From assembly GCF_000400465.1 (NCBI RefSeq), contig NW_008806279.1:476107-508106 (forward strand): a stretch of DNA of 32,000 bases, written 5' to 3'. A program made the translations under genes and the position numbers. The stretch is from Wallemia ichthyophaga EXF-994 (Eukaryota > Fungi > Basidiomycota). The notes under the pieces were generated by a model that saw nothing but the letters and a program-made list of their open reading frames with translations, made no database searches and was not told where the DNA came from. This document shows, piece by piece, positions 1 to 11,115 of this stretch; positions within the stretch are counted from its first letter, which is position 1, and each line of letters starts with the position of its first letter.

Positions 1-1745
1 AGTCGGAGCAGACTCAGTGTCATGCCATATACCCCGCTCGTGCGCTCGTGCATGACCACTGGCGACGATGGCGTGAATAGCGATGTGCTACCGCGCAGGA
101 ATGTCCATACGCGTCCAGGGTACGATTGCAAGAGACTTGAAAGAATGTCGAGCGAGGCGGAGACTATGTTCGTGAGTGTTTGCTTGTTTGCTTGATTCCC
201 ATTCCTGCGCCCCACCGTAGGTAGTGCCGATAGACATTTGTCGATCGTGGCAAATAGCACTGCTACTAGGTCCAGCCCTTCTCCGCGACCAGAATCACGC
301 TCAGCGCTCCCGCCTATGTGCTCCACTAGTAGCGGCGCTATGTCAGGATTGCCGCTGAGAACCCCCCCTATCAAGTTCAACGAGGATAGAACGGCAGTGT
401 CGTATAACTCGTCATTCTGTTGGAAAAGTGGTGCTGTAGAGCTGCCACGTGTGTTTGACCTAGCAGACAACCAGTCAGAGAGGAGCGTTCCAACGACATT
501 CCAACCGCTGACAGGGACATCCCAGGATATCACAGCTGGCGGTTGGAGATTGAGAGGGCTGAGTTGACGGCCAATGGAGTGTAATGGGAGAGGGCTATGC
601 AAGCCGGGTAGATTGCTGACATGGTTCGCTATTCGGATGAGTGGATCAGACTCGTCGTTGTGGGAGGAGGCGTCGAAGAGGGTGGTATAGGATGGCAGAG
701 AGGAAAAGTAGAGAAAGACTCTTTCAGAAGCATGAGAAGCTTGCAGGAGAAGTTGGTGGTCTTGTGTGGGTGTGGATGAAGGTGAGACACCGGACAGAGA
801 AATGAGGAGATTGAGGAGAGAGAAGAAGTCAAGGGGCCACCTTCCCCTAGCGATGTCTATAATGAGGGAGGCGGGCAGTTTAGAGTCGTATTGGAGCCAG
901 AATTGATGGGCTAGGGGAGCAGAAATGGGCGTAGATGAAGAGGAGAGGAGGGAGGAGAAGGAATTGACTAAGCCATCAAAGTCGGAGATGAACGAAGGGT
1001 GTACTATGGACAGAGTGGCGTCCAGAAGACCCTTGAAAATGGATCTATATGCTAGTTGGTTGTAAGTGGAAGGGCGTTGGAAGGTGGGGGAGAGGGAGAA
1101 AGAGGAGAGTTTTTGGAACAAGTTGAAGGATGGGTGGAGGAGGTGGCTGTAAAGGAGCTGGTAAAGGGGTTGCGGGTGGTGTGTTGGGAGGAGAAGATCT
1201 CTAAGGGGGGAGAAGGAGGAAGGGAGGGGACTGCTGTATGATTGGATGGCGTGAGTGATCTTAGAGAGTGTATAGGACCAGGTGAGAAGGATAGAAGGGT
1301 CGTTAACTCGTTGTAGGATGGAGTTGTGGAGGTCGATGATGTTGTCCGGATGGTTGAGGTGTGCAATGGAGGAACCGTGGTCTACGCTGTAGGACAGACT
1401 TTCGACGTTGAACATTTCAATGACGAGGATGGTGAGGTGGTGGGTGAGTGGGCTGTCGTCGGATCTAGACAGTCGCAGGCTGAGTAGCTGATTGAAGTGA
1501 GTATCGGAAGGAGGATTTGAGTTGTAAAAGTGGGTAATTAGCTGGTTTGAGTAATTTAGAAAAGTGAGACATATAAAACGCGGTATTCAACGTACTAATT
1601 GGGTGATTAGGAGGGGGTCATTGGAGTTGCTGGGACTGTGACTGGAAAGAGATGTAGACAGGTTATTTATAAGAAGATTTAGAATATTTTCATCAAATTC
1701 GTCCAATTCGAGTAAATTATTCAAATTTAAATTATCAGATTCCAT
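1..1745 (-). CDS. NUP188: Nucleoporin Nup188, 5' part (continues beyond left edge)
   Basis: Exons 1745-1596 and 1541-<1; 54-nt intron GTACGT..CCAG, phase 0. Exon 2 is open to the window edge (absent from the ORF track) and contains AYRSIFKGLL, ARGRWPLDFFSLLNLL and SYPGRVWTFLRGS..ERTSGVYGMTLSLL, resembling fungal Nup188. Confidence 0.75.
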
Positions 1746-1782
1746 CGAATAGGACCAACGTCTTCTCGAAACGAACGGTGAT

Positions 1783-3404
1783 ATGTCACAGTGGGTTATA
1801 AGCAGGGAATATAAATATTTTATATTAATAAACCAATTAGACCAATTTTCTCCAAGGATTCCCAAGAAGAGAGAGGTGAGAATGCGCGTCTGTCTACGTT
1901 TGTGGGTGGAACAGCGTTAGGTGATTTAGTCAAGTCAACGCTTGGTCCAAAGGGAATGAACAAGATATTGCAATCTGGTACTGATGGTGGTATCACAGTG
2001 ACTAACGACGGTGCAACAATCCTCAAATCAATCCCATTAGACAATCCAGCTGCTAAAATCTTGGTAAATATTTCAAAGGTACAAGATGACGAAGTTGGTG
2101 ATGGTACTACATCTGTTACTGTTCTAGCCGGTGAGCTATTAAGAGAGGCTGAAAGATTGGTCAATTCAAAAACCCATCCACAAGTTATCGTCGATGGTTA
2201 CAGGATTGCTACAAAGGCTGCTTTGGAATCACTTGAATCTGCTGCCATTGACAACTCAGCCAACTCGGATGCCTTCAGATTAGACCTCTTTAACATCGCT
2301 AGAACCACCCTCTCCTCAAAGGTCCTCTCCCAAGACAAGGACTACTTTGCAAACTTGGCTGTTGACGCTGTCTTACGTCTCAAAGGCTCCACAAATCTCG
2401 AAAATATCCAAGTCATTAAGAAAGTCGGCGGTAAACTCACAGATTCCTACCTCGACGAGGGTTTCATCTTAGACAAGAAAATTGGCACAAACTGTCCAAA
2501 GAGAGTCGAAAACGCTAAAATTCTCATTGGTAACACCTCCATGGATACTGACAAGATTAAGATCTTTGGTGCTCAAGTTAAGGTTGACTCTACTGGCAAA
2601 TTAGCCGAATTAGAAAGAGCTGAACGCGAAAAAATGAAGTCAAAAGTTCAACGCATCAAATCCCACGGAATAAACACCTTTGTCAACCGCCAACTCATCT
2701 ACAACTACCCTGAATCCTTATTCGCTGAATCTAACATCACCTCGATCGAACACGCTGACTTTGAAGGTGTTGAGCGTCTCGCCTTGGTTACTGGTGGTGA
2801 AATTGCTAGCACCTTTGACAATCCTGACCAGGTTAGAGTTGGTGAATGTGATCTCATTGAGGAGATTATGATCGGTGAAGACACATTAATCAAGTTCTCC
2901 GGTGTCAAAGCAGGTGAAGCATGCACCATCGTCTTACGCGGTGCCACTACACAGATGATCGATGAAGCTGAGAGATCTCTCCACGACGCTCTCTCTGTTC
3001 TCTCACAAACCGTAAAAGAATCTAGAACAGTCCTTGGTGGTGGTTGTGCAGAGACTCTAATGGCGAAAGCTGTCGACGCGCAAGCACGCAAAACTCCTGG
3101 AAAGAAGGCTATTGCTACTGAAGCATTCGCCAAGGCACTCCTCCAAATGCCAACTATTCTTGCAGACAATGCTGGTTACGATTCTGCTGAACTTGTCGCA
3201 AAACTGCGTGCGAGACACTACGATGGTGATGAAAAAGCTGGTTTGGATATGCTCAAAGGAGAAATTGGAGACATGAAGCAGCTAGGTATTACAGAATCAT
3301 ACAAACTCAAGAAACAGGTCGTCTCTTCTGCGTCTGAAGCAACAGAAATGCTACTCAGAGTCGACACCATTTTGAGAGCTGCTCCAAGACAACGTGAAGG
3401 ATAA
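1783..3404 (+). CDS. CCT2: T-complex protein 1 subunit beta (CCT/TRiC chaperonin)
   Basis: join(1783-1790,1841-3404), 523 aa; 50-nt GTGGGT..TTAG intron. Motifs [42 protein letters not shown]. Confidence 0.97.
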
Positions 3405-3506
3405 TTGAGGTGTTTGTTTCAGTTGTAAAAAGATATCTTTGAATTTTTCATTTTTTCATTTCCCCGTCTGAATCACTGTGGTCTTCTCTCTTGTGACGTA
3501 ACTACC

Positions 3507-5835
3507 ATGTCGAACGCACGGCGACTACGCCAGCAAAAAGAATTAGAGGCTTTGCAAGCGAATGAACATGAACATGAGCAGGTGCACGAGGAATCAAAGC
3601 AGCCACAGCAGCCACCCAAAGTAGTCAATCCATTCGCAGCATTAGGCGGTGGCGGTGAGGACGAAGAGGATGAGGAGGATGAGTCTGGCACGCCAGCACC
3701 AGCATCATCTCACACCACGCACACATCCTCATCAAACAAGGTGTGTAGCAGTCCCAGTCGCTGATCCCCGCTCAATCCACCCGCAGAAGAAGAAGAAGAA
3801 GAAGAGCAAGGCGGATGTGAATGTGGCAGAGGGTGAGCGTTTGCAGTCCAAACCACGTTCAACACAACCCCACACAACCCAAAAGCATAAGAAAGGGATG
3901 AATGAGATCGACGAGGCGTTGCGCGAGCTCAACATCAAGTATCCACACGAGCAGACACAGGCACAGACGCAGTCACAGGCGCAGTCACACCAGGCAAACA
4001 CTCCACACAGCACACTCTCCACCCTCCGCACTCTCCTTTCCGTCGACCCTAAACACCTCGACGCGTCTGCGGAAATGAAGAAGATGTTTGGCAGCAAAGT
4101 GGTGAGCTCAGCAACGACGATGAATAGTTACGGTCAGGGGAGAGCGCGTGGACGGCAAGCGCGGATGCAGCAGATGGTTCACAAAGCCACACCGCGCTCA
4201 AACCTCTCCCAACACAAACCAACCTGGCCACCTGCGACATCAGCAAAGTTGGATGGAATGACAATGCGACAGCTCAGCGCGGACGAGCTACGAGAGTGGC
4301 AAGAGAGACACGCTCTTCCCCCCACTATCAACTTGCAGAACAGTGGAAGTTGGTGGACATTCGAGCACGACGCTGCGTACAGATCCGTTCAACACCAGTT
4401 CTTAGACGCTACAGGAAGCTTCGATCCAAACACGCTCATGGCACTGTTGCAAGTATACCCTTACCACGTCGATACACTCAATCAAGTCTCGGAAGTGTTT
4501 AGAATGCAAGGTGATAATGGTACAGCCGGTGATTTTACAGAGAGGATGCTTTTTGCTATAGAGAGAGGGTTTGCGATGGGTTTCAGTGCACTTTCGGGTG
4601 GATGCAGGGTAGATTTCGACAGGGTGGAGAACCGCGCATTGTGGCTGGGACTCAGTCGACTGATTACACATCTACGCATGAAGGGGTGTTGGAGGACGGC
4701 GTATGAGTATGGCAAGGTGATGCTCGCCCTCGACCCACTCACTGACCCACACGGCGCACTCCTCCAGCTTGATTTCCTCGCCGTCAAAGCTGGTCAGTAC
4801 GACTGGTTGCTTGGCGTGGCAGGCGAGTGGCCGTATAACCATACGCACAGCGTACACTTAACAGACACAACATTCCTCCCTGGCATAGCGTATGCGCGGG
4901 CGCTGGCGACGTATTATAAAGGGAGAAGTGTTCATGGAAAGCACGTCTCACTGGATGCGACAGTCAAGTATTTCCTGCAGGCCGTGCTTGCGCATCCGCT
5001 GGTACTATCGCTGCTACTTGAACACAACCTCGTCAGAGTGTCAGCAGAGCGTGGGGAGGTGTTGAAGAATGTGCTCGTCGTCGAGAAGCATTATGAAAAG
5101 TATGCACCAATACACGCCCGCCGTAACGAAGCACTCGCACGCATTTATTGCGCTCACTCCCTCCCTCTCTATCGCGACCCTGCGTTGCCAGTGCAGGCGA
5201 TAGTCGACCATACGCTCGATGCGCTGCGTGCGGACGGCGTTAGTGAGCGTGGTCAGATTGATTTGGCACAGAGGCAGATGGACAGTGGGGTTATCTCTCC
5301 ATCAGAAACCTTCCCGGAAAACGTCGCAAGACACGCCATCATCAATAACATAACAGACGCTAAAGCTTTTCTGCCAGAAACGTTTAGCGAAGGCGATGCA
5401 TTTGATCCAGTTGCTCCGAGCACCTCGAGTAGTGGCTACGACGCGGGCTATTTCGCGGGTATGAGAGGGGGCAGACAGATGGGTGCACACTCACAATCAC
5501 AGCAACACTCACACACTGGCGGGATAGTGTCTTTGATAGAAAGCCTCCTCCGCGGCGATATTAACCTCGGACAGATGGATCCAGATACGCGCGTCGCGTT
5601 CGAGGAGCAGGTCAACCAGCTGCAGGAGGGTGGTATGCCTGGTGGGTTTGGCGGTGATTGGGAGAGTGAGGAAGAGGAGGGCGATGGTGATGGGGAGAGT
5701 GATGAGCGTGATGAGCGTGATGAGCATGATCAGCCGGAGGACAATGCCACACAGCAGCCCGGGATAATAGACAGATTTGCTCGCATGTTTGCAGGGAATG
5801 CCAACCAGGGCAACGCCAACGACAACGTAGATTGA
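3507..5835 (+). CDS. RQC1: Ribosome quality control subunit Rqc1 / TCF25 family
   Basis: join(3507-3740,3787-5835), 760 aa; 46-nt GTGTGT..GCAG intron. Motifs FEHDAAY, DPNTL..YPYHVDTL, DFDRVENR, GCWRTAYE..LDPLTDPHG; poly-K and acidic C-terminal tracts. Confidence 0.88.
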
Positions 5836-5873
5836 TATTGATATTGATCTTGTAATAAACAGACAATAGATAG

Positions 5874-6801
5874 CTATATTAGGCAGTAGAGAGCAACAGA
5901 CCGCACAAGCCAGCCAGCGAGGATGATGAGGGTAGTGGTAATTGGTGGGGTATTGAGGAGCACGCGCAGGCCGAAACCAGCAGACATGCCACCGACGACC
6001 GTGTTAACGACGTACGCTCTATCGATAGACTCGTCGTCGAGAGCCGAGAAAATGAGCCAAACGGAGTGTTTTGTGGGGTCGGTGAGAGTACTATAGCTTA
6101 AAAAGTCATTGGGCATTCCAACACGCTTATCGGTGCGCTCGGCACCCCCACTCGGATCGGCAATGACGAGCAGGAGAAGGAGAAAAAGCTTAGCGAAGCT
6201 TGAGTAAAGAATAGCGAGGCTGATTTGAGTGGAGGGGAGGGAGAGTGTGGGGTATTTGGGGTGTAGACAGCGCACGGCGAGGATTACGCCTATGTGGTAA
6301 GCGACAGCGTCTACGAATGCGCGAAAGAGGAATGAGAGGAAGGACGTGTGGGATGTTGCTGCGAGGGATGTCAGAGGGTGTCTGCATGAGCCACCTGCGG
6401 CACCCACCGCTTATCCCACTCAGCGGTGTAAGGCTGTGCACCCACTGCACGAAGGCATCAGCTAGGACGAGAATACCGCCGAGTCTGAAGAGCTGCAAGC
6501 GTGGAGTGATGGCTGTGCTTGTGCGTGCGTGTGCGTGCGCGTTGTGCTCACCCGCCCTGCCCCTCACAACGCTCTTGTAGCGCTCCGAGAAAGCGACCTG
6601 GCTCAGTCTGTTGAAGAGGAGGTGCCGGAGAACACCTGGCTTGAGCACGACCAGATCCGCCAGCAGACTGATGTTGCGTTTGCCAATGTACGGGTCGACC
6701 AGACGCGAGCAGCGTGGACACAGCTCGACACGCATATCGACATCTGAGTACATGGTGGCTGCGTGAGTGAGCGTGTACTGGCAGTAGACGCAGATGGGCA
6801 T
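5874..6801 (-). CDS. ARV1: Arv1-family ER membrane protein
   Basis: Exons 6801-6408 and 6358-5874, 292 aa; 49-nt GTGGGT..GCAG intron with CTGAC branch site. N-terminal CVYC..CPRC..DPY..DLVVLKPGVLRHLLFN Arv1 homology domain, followed by several hydrophobic segments. Confidence 0.88.
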
Positions 6802-6805
6802 TCTG

Positions 6806-6842
6806 TTGTGTTTTATTGTGTTTTATTGTGTTTTATTGTGTT
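6806..6842. repeat. Tandem repeat (TTGTGTTTTA) x3.7
   Basis: Read directly; fills most of the 60-nt gap between the divergent ARV1 and PFD1 start codons. Confidence 0.95.
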
Positions 6843-6861
6843 ACGTTGGACACACACATCG

Positions 6862-7313
6862 ATGAGCGCTAACGACGAAGCGCTGCAGAAGGTGGTTGAG
6901 TGCAATTCGCAGTAATCCACTCACAGACCGCAGGTTCTCTTCAATATACAGCAACAGGCTGTAGGTGCAGAGAAAGCACTGCGTACTGTCACCATGCAGC
7001 AGGCGTCCCGTGGTCGTGAGAAGCGCCTGGTGCAGCTGACTAGAGCTGAGCTGGAGAGCATCCCGGACGATGGACAGGGCGCTCTGTACAACGGCGTTGG
7101 GAAGATGTGAGTGGTGGGCGAAATGGCTGGTACACGGCTCAACAACACAGGTTCATCAAGGTGGATAGAAATGATCTCATCCAAGACCTAGTCAAGCAAG
7201 AGCGTAGCCTGCTAGAAGACCTAGTCGCCCTCGAGAAGAAACAGGGCTACATGCAGAAGGAACTCACAAACGCACAAGGCAATCTCAAAGATGTATTCCA
7301 GTCGAGAAGCTAA
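6862..7313 (+). CDS. PFD1: Prefoldin subunit 1
   Basis: join(6862-6891,6934-7106,7151-7313), 121 aa: MSANDEALQKVLFNIQ..LYNGVGKMFIKV..LEKKQGYMQKELTNAQGNLKDVF. Introns of 42 and 44 nt with consistent phases. Confidence 0.85.
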
Positions 7314-7363
7314 ATATCTAGACATATGTACTTATTCAATCCATTGCACTCACTTTACTCACT

Positions 7364-7896
7364 TTACTTGCTCACTGCTGCTATAGCCTCAACCTCTACT
7401 AGAACATCCTTTGGGAGTCTAGCAACCTCGAAACAGCTTCTGGCTGGTTTGTGTGGTGCGAATGCATCCTCGTAGACCTTGTTGAACTTGTGTACGCTGA
7501 TTAGCCGTGTTCTGCCTCTGCGCTCACACTCACTGCGACAAAGTCCTCCATGTTCTTGAGAAGACACGTTGTCTTGATGGTGTCTTGCATAGATGACCCA
7601 GATGCCTCAAGCACCTTGCTGAGATTTCCAAGTGCCTGTTTTGCTTGGGCTTCTACACCACCCTCCACGACTGTCATACTCGTTGGGTTGAGTGGTATAC
7701 ATCCAGATGCATAAACAACATCGTTGTGAGTAATGGCTTGTACGTATGGCCCTACTGCTGATGGTGCTACGCGGGTGTCAAAACCATCATGCACCATATG
7801 ATCCAATCCACCCACCATTTGGGGTTGAAGTTACTTTGAATCCTTGCGACACTGGAATTTGTTAGCAACGCACCTATCAACCTCCATCCACCTACT
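7364..7896 (-). CDS. RidA/YjgF/YER057c/UK114 family enamine/imine deaminase (Hmf1/Mmf1-like)
   Basis: Exons 7896, 7851-7816, 7766-7534, 7486-7364; 130 aa. Motifs [40 protein letters not shown] (catalytic Arg present). The 1-nt first coding exon is inferred. Confidence 0.9.
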
Positions 7897-8067
7897 ACTT
7901 CTTGACAGTTGACGTGTAACCTTATGAATCATTATCTAACAATACTTGGTATATTAAACCACTTGGGTTTCTTCTCCTTGTTGCCAAAAAAAAATCAACC
8001 AAGACGGCCAATCTAACTGAATTCTCATGTACTTTCAAATTGTTATAAAACACATTGGCACTCCACT

Positions 8068-11000
8068 TTACTCCTCCACAACCTTCTGCGCAAGCGAGAT
8101 CTGTTAGCGACGTCAGCAATCGATTCCCTTGCAAGTACCTCAAGCACACCTTATCTCCCAGCGACAACGCAATCCCCTGCGTCTTGCTCCTGATCCTGAC
8201 GTGTCCCTGTATGCAACCTTCACCCACATCTACCGTCTTTTCCAGTGAGATATTAGCCAGCGCATCCTCCCCAAACACGCTCCTCGCGTACATGTTCGCC
8301 GAGAGGAAGTCGCACTCCCCGCTCATGCTAGCGTCGGGAGTGAGACATGCCATATTGGTGCTCTTCATGATATGCTGGAGATACACTCTAAGATCGTCTA
8401 TCGTAGTGTTGACGTGCACCTTGTTCTCCCACTCAAACTCACTCCACATAGCTCTGAACTGCGATTCTGTGCATGTAGCAGGTTTGATGTAGTCCATAAT
8501 ATCGACGTGGATATCGTTCAGCACTATATTCGTTCCCTCTCCACTTCCACCGCCACTGCCAAGAGCATCGAAAGCGATATTCCCAAAGATAACTCCTGTC
8601 TCGGTGGAGCTCACCTTGACACTAGCCTTGAGAGTGTGGAAGGCATGTGGTGCGAGAGTTGTAGTTGAAGGACGTTCGACAATCTTGAGATCGCCCAGTG
8701 TAGCGAATTCTATATTAAGGTTAGACAGTGTGTACCCAGTCTGATTAACGAGGAGCACATCGAGTATAATGTCGAACTGGTGTATGTTGACATAGGCTTC
8801 CGCATAGACGCTATCTGAGAAACCAGTCAGCTGCACAATACGCTGCAGCTTCGACATGAAATCATCGCCGACAGCATCAGCCTCAGTCCCGCCGGTAGCG
8901 CGCGACAAGTCGAGTTCGAATTCGCGCGTGTCAACATCGCGTGACTTTTTGAAATGCCTAAACGAGATGACATCGTCAGGTTGCACTTTGTGAACTCTTT
9001 CAGTTGATCTAGCCTTCTCGGCAGCTTTCGCTTCGGCATCTGCCACCATTGTTGCATATGCCTGCTTCGTGTCGTGGAGAAATACCCCTGTGAAACTCGC
9101 GGATGCCGCGGCATTCGTCTCTGCTAGAGCTGTCACACATCCGAGTATACGCTCAGCACTATCTTCGTCTATCGCCGTACTAACAAATTTGGTCTGCCCG
9201 ACGCGTACAATAGACGTCATCATCAACATCGCTTCCGCTTTATGGGCATTTTGTACACTGCTGTCAGTGTCGTTGTTGCTGACGAGTCGCAGAACCAATT
9301 TGGTGAGTGTGGATGCGAGCACACTGGCTGTGAAGAAGTCGCCATTAAGCACTAATCCACGTAACGGAGGCTTTGTCGCTGCTTTTACAGCTGCTAATCG
9401 ACTCGCATCCTCGGCTGTTGAGACGGTCGTTTCGGTGGCATACGTACCATCTGCTAGCACCTTGGTGGTGGTGACCAATTTGTTCTCATTTGTAGCCTCC
9501 TTGTCCTCAGTGTACTCCTGCGCATCATACGCTTGCTGCTCAGCAGCAAGTATTGGGATTTGTCCTAATACACCCCTCATTTTCTCGAAAGCTATTTGTA
9601 TATCGTCGCTAGATTCAGCGTATTCTCCAATTATCCACAAAGCTCCACGGAATACTTTACCAGATTTAATATGGTGGAATGTCTTGAAGAGCTGGTTGAT
9701 TATGGTGGGACGGAGAGTGGGGAACTTCTCGACAACTTCCCTGACGAAAGCTATCACATCGATTGCCGAAGGGTTGTTAGAGTCGCCGAGGAAACTCATC
9801 AGAGTTTCAATAACAGAGGACGCGACTTGAGAATATTTGACGGAGATGTTGTGAATGGATTGGATGAGTAGTTGACGATACTCAACTAGACGCTCTAAAT
9901 CTTGTGACGAAGTTGTTTTGATGAGTTCTTTCTTCAAGTAATCGATAACTTGGTCGACGTTACGTGAAGTTACCATCTCCAAAACAATTTTCAGCGCTTT
10001 ACGTTTAACTTCCATATCTGGGGCTGAAAGAACGTCGAGTATGTCCATGATGAGAGGGTCGAGGAGGTGGTTATGTTTTGTATGCATATCGTTCAACCTA
10101 GCCAAGACAATAAGTTTTACGTTGTTGTCTGAGACATTTACGATGAGGTTGATGAAAGCGCTGGCAGCGGCTGCAGGGGTTGTGTGAGAGCAGTAGATTG
10201 GGTTTAAGCCATCAACTTACACTTTACAGCAGCAGGATTATCTGTGAGAGCGTTTAGAGTAGTAGCAGCTTCATATTTAACAGAGTGAGAAGGACTGTCT
10301 AATAACTCATATATAGTCCTTATGTACTGATTTTTGTTTGGATTTTCGCTATGACAATCCTTTCTTATCAATTCAATGATAGATAATTGCATCAATTCAT
10401 CGAAAGACGCGACGTTATCGAATAGAACGTGCAAGTAATCCAAAGCAGACGAAGGATTAATGTCAGAGAGTGTAACGAAAGCATTTCTCTTGCATGTGGA
10501 ATCAGATTCAGCTGCTAAGAAAGCTTCTAACAACTCCGCAGCGTCTGGAATAAGGTAATCGAATTGGTTGTAAATAGACCAAACAGCGAATACCGCGTTT
10601 TTTCTAACGTAGCTGTGGCGGTGTTCCAAGCAGCTTCTTACGGTGGGTATCAGAGGGTCTAGCAACTCACTGTCACTGAGCTTCTGTAAGAATCTAAGGG
10701 TGGAACCACGAATGAACTCATTTGGGTGCTGCAGATCATTTCTAATTGCATTGCACACAAGAATCATTTCTTGCTTTAGCTTGCCGCTGTCATCGTATTT
10801 GGGACAAACTTCCCAATAAAAGTGAAGAAGCTTCTTAAGGTGCTTGTTCTTGCTGGGAAGAAGGTATTGAATAATGGGCATTAGAAGCTGTGGCTGTGGC
10901 TGGCCATTTAGCGTGAGTAGTATTATCTTCTTAAGCGTCTCGAGTTTGAGGTCGTCACTGCCTTTCTCCAGCGCATGGCGCAACTCAGCGACGTTTGGCT

Positions 11001-11088
11001 GATCGAGGATTTCAAAATTAATTAAAGTGTAGCTTGGTAGCGTTGAGTTTGAATTTGAACTTAAATTTGAATTTGAGTTTGAGTTCAT
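8068..11088 (-). CDS. SEC26: Coatomer (COPI) subunit beta
   Basis: Exons 11088-10221, 10170-8150, 8100-8068; 973 aa. Motifs NAIRNDLQHPNEFIRGSTLRFL, QLTGFSDSVYAEAYV, RIRSKTQGIALSLGDKISLAQK. Confidence 0.96.
11046..11085 (-). repeat. Degenerate hexamer repeat (AA[C/T]TCA-like) encoding the Asn/Ser N-terminus of beta-COP
   Basis: Plus strand reads TTTGAATTTGAACTTAAATTTGAATTTGAGTTTGAGTT; translates on minus as NSNSNSNLSSNSNS. Confidence 0.8.
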
Positions 11089-11115
11089 GGCTGCTGCTCT
11101 TCAACCTGCGCTGTC

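Noticed and set aside
172-220. Plus-strand GTGAGT..GTAG intron-like segment
   Set aside because: The minus strand is an uninterrupted Nup188-like frame here; no coherent plus-strand protein.
5701-5730. TGATGA-containing repeats (also near 13871-13895) resembling snoRNA C boxes
   Set aside because: They are coding 9-mer repeats (DER/DEH) inside RQC1 and AP-3 delta.
9069-9830. 253-aa plus-strand ORF and the many other antisense or alternate-frame ORFs in the track
   Set aside because: Shadows of real genes (here beta-COP); no motifs or independent starts.
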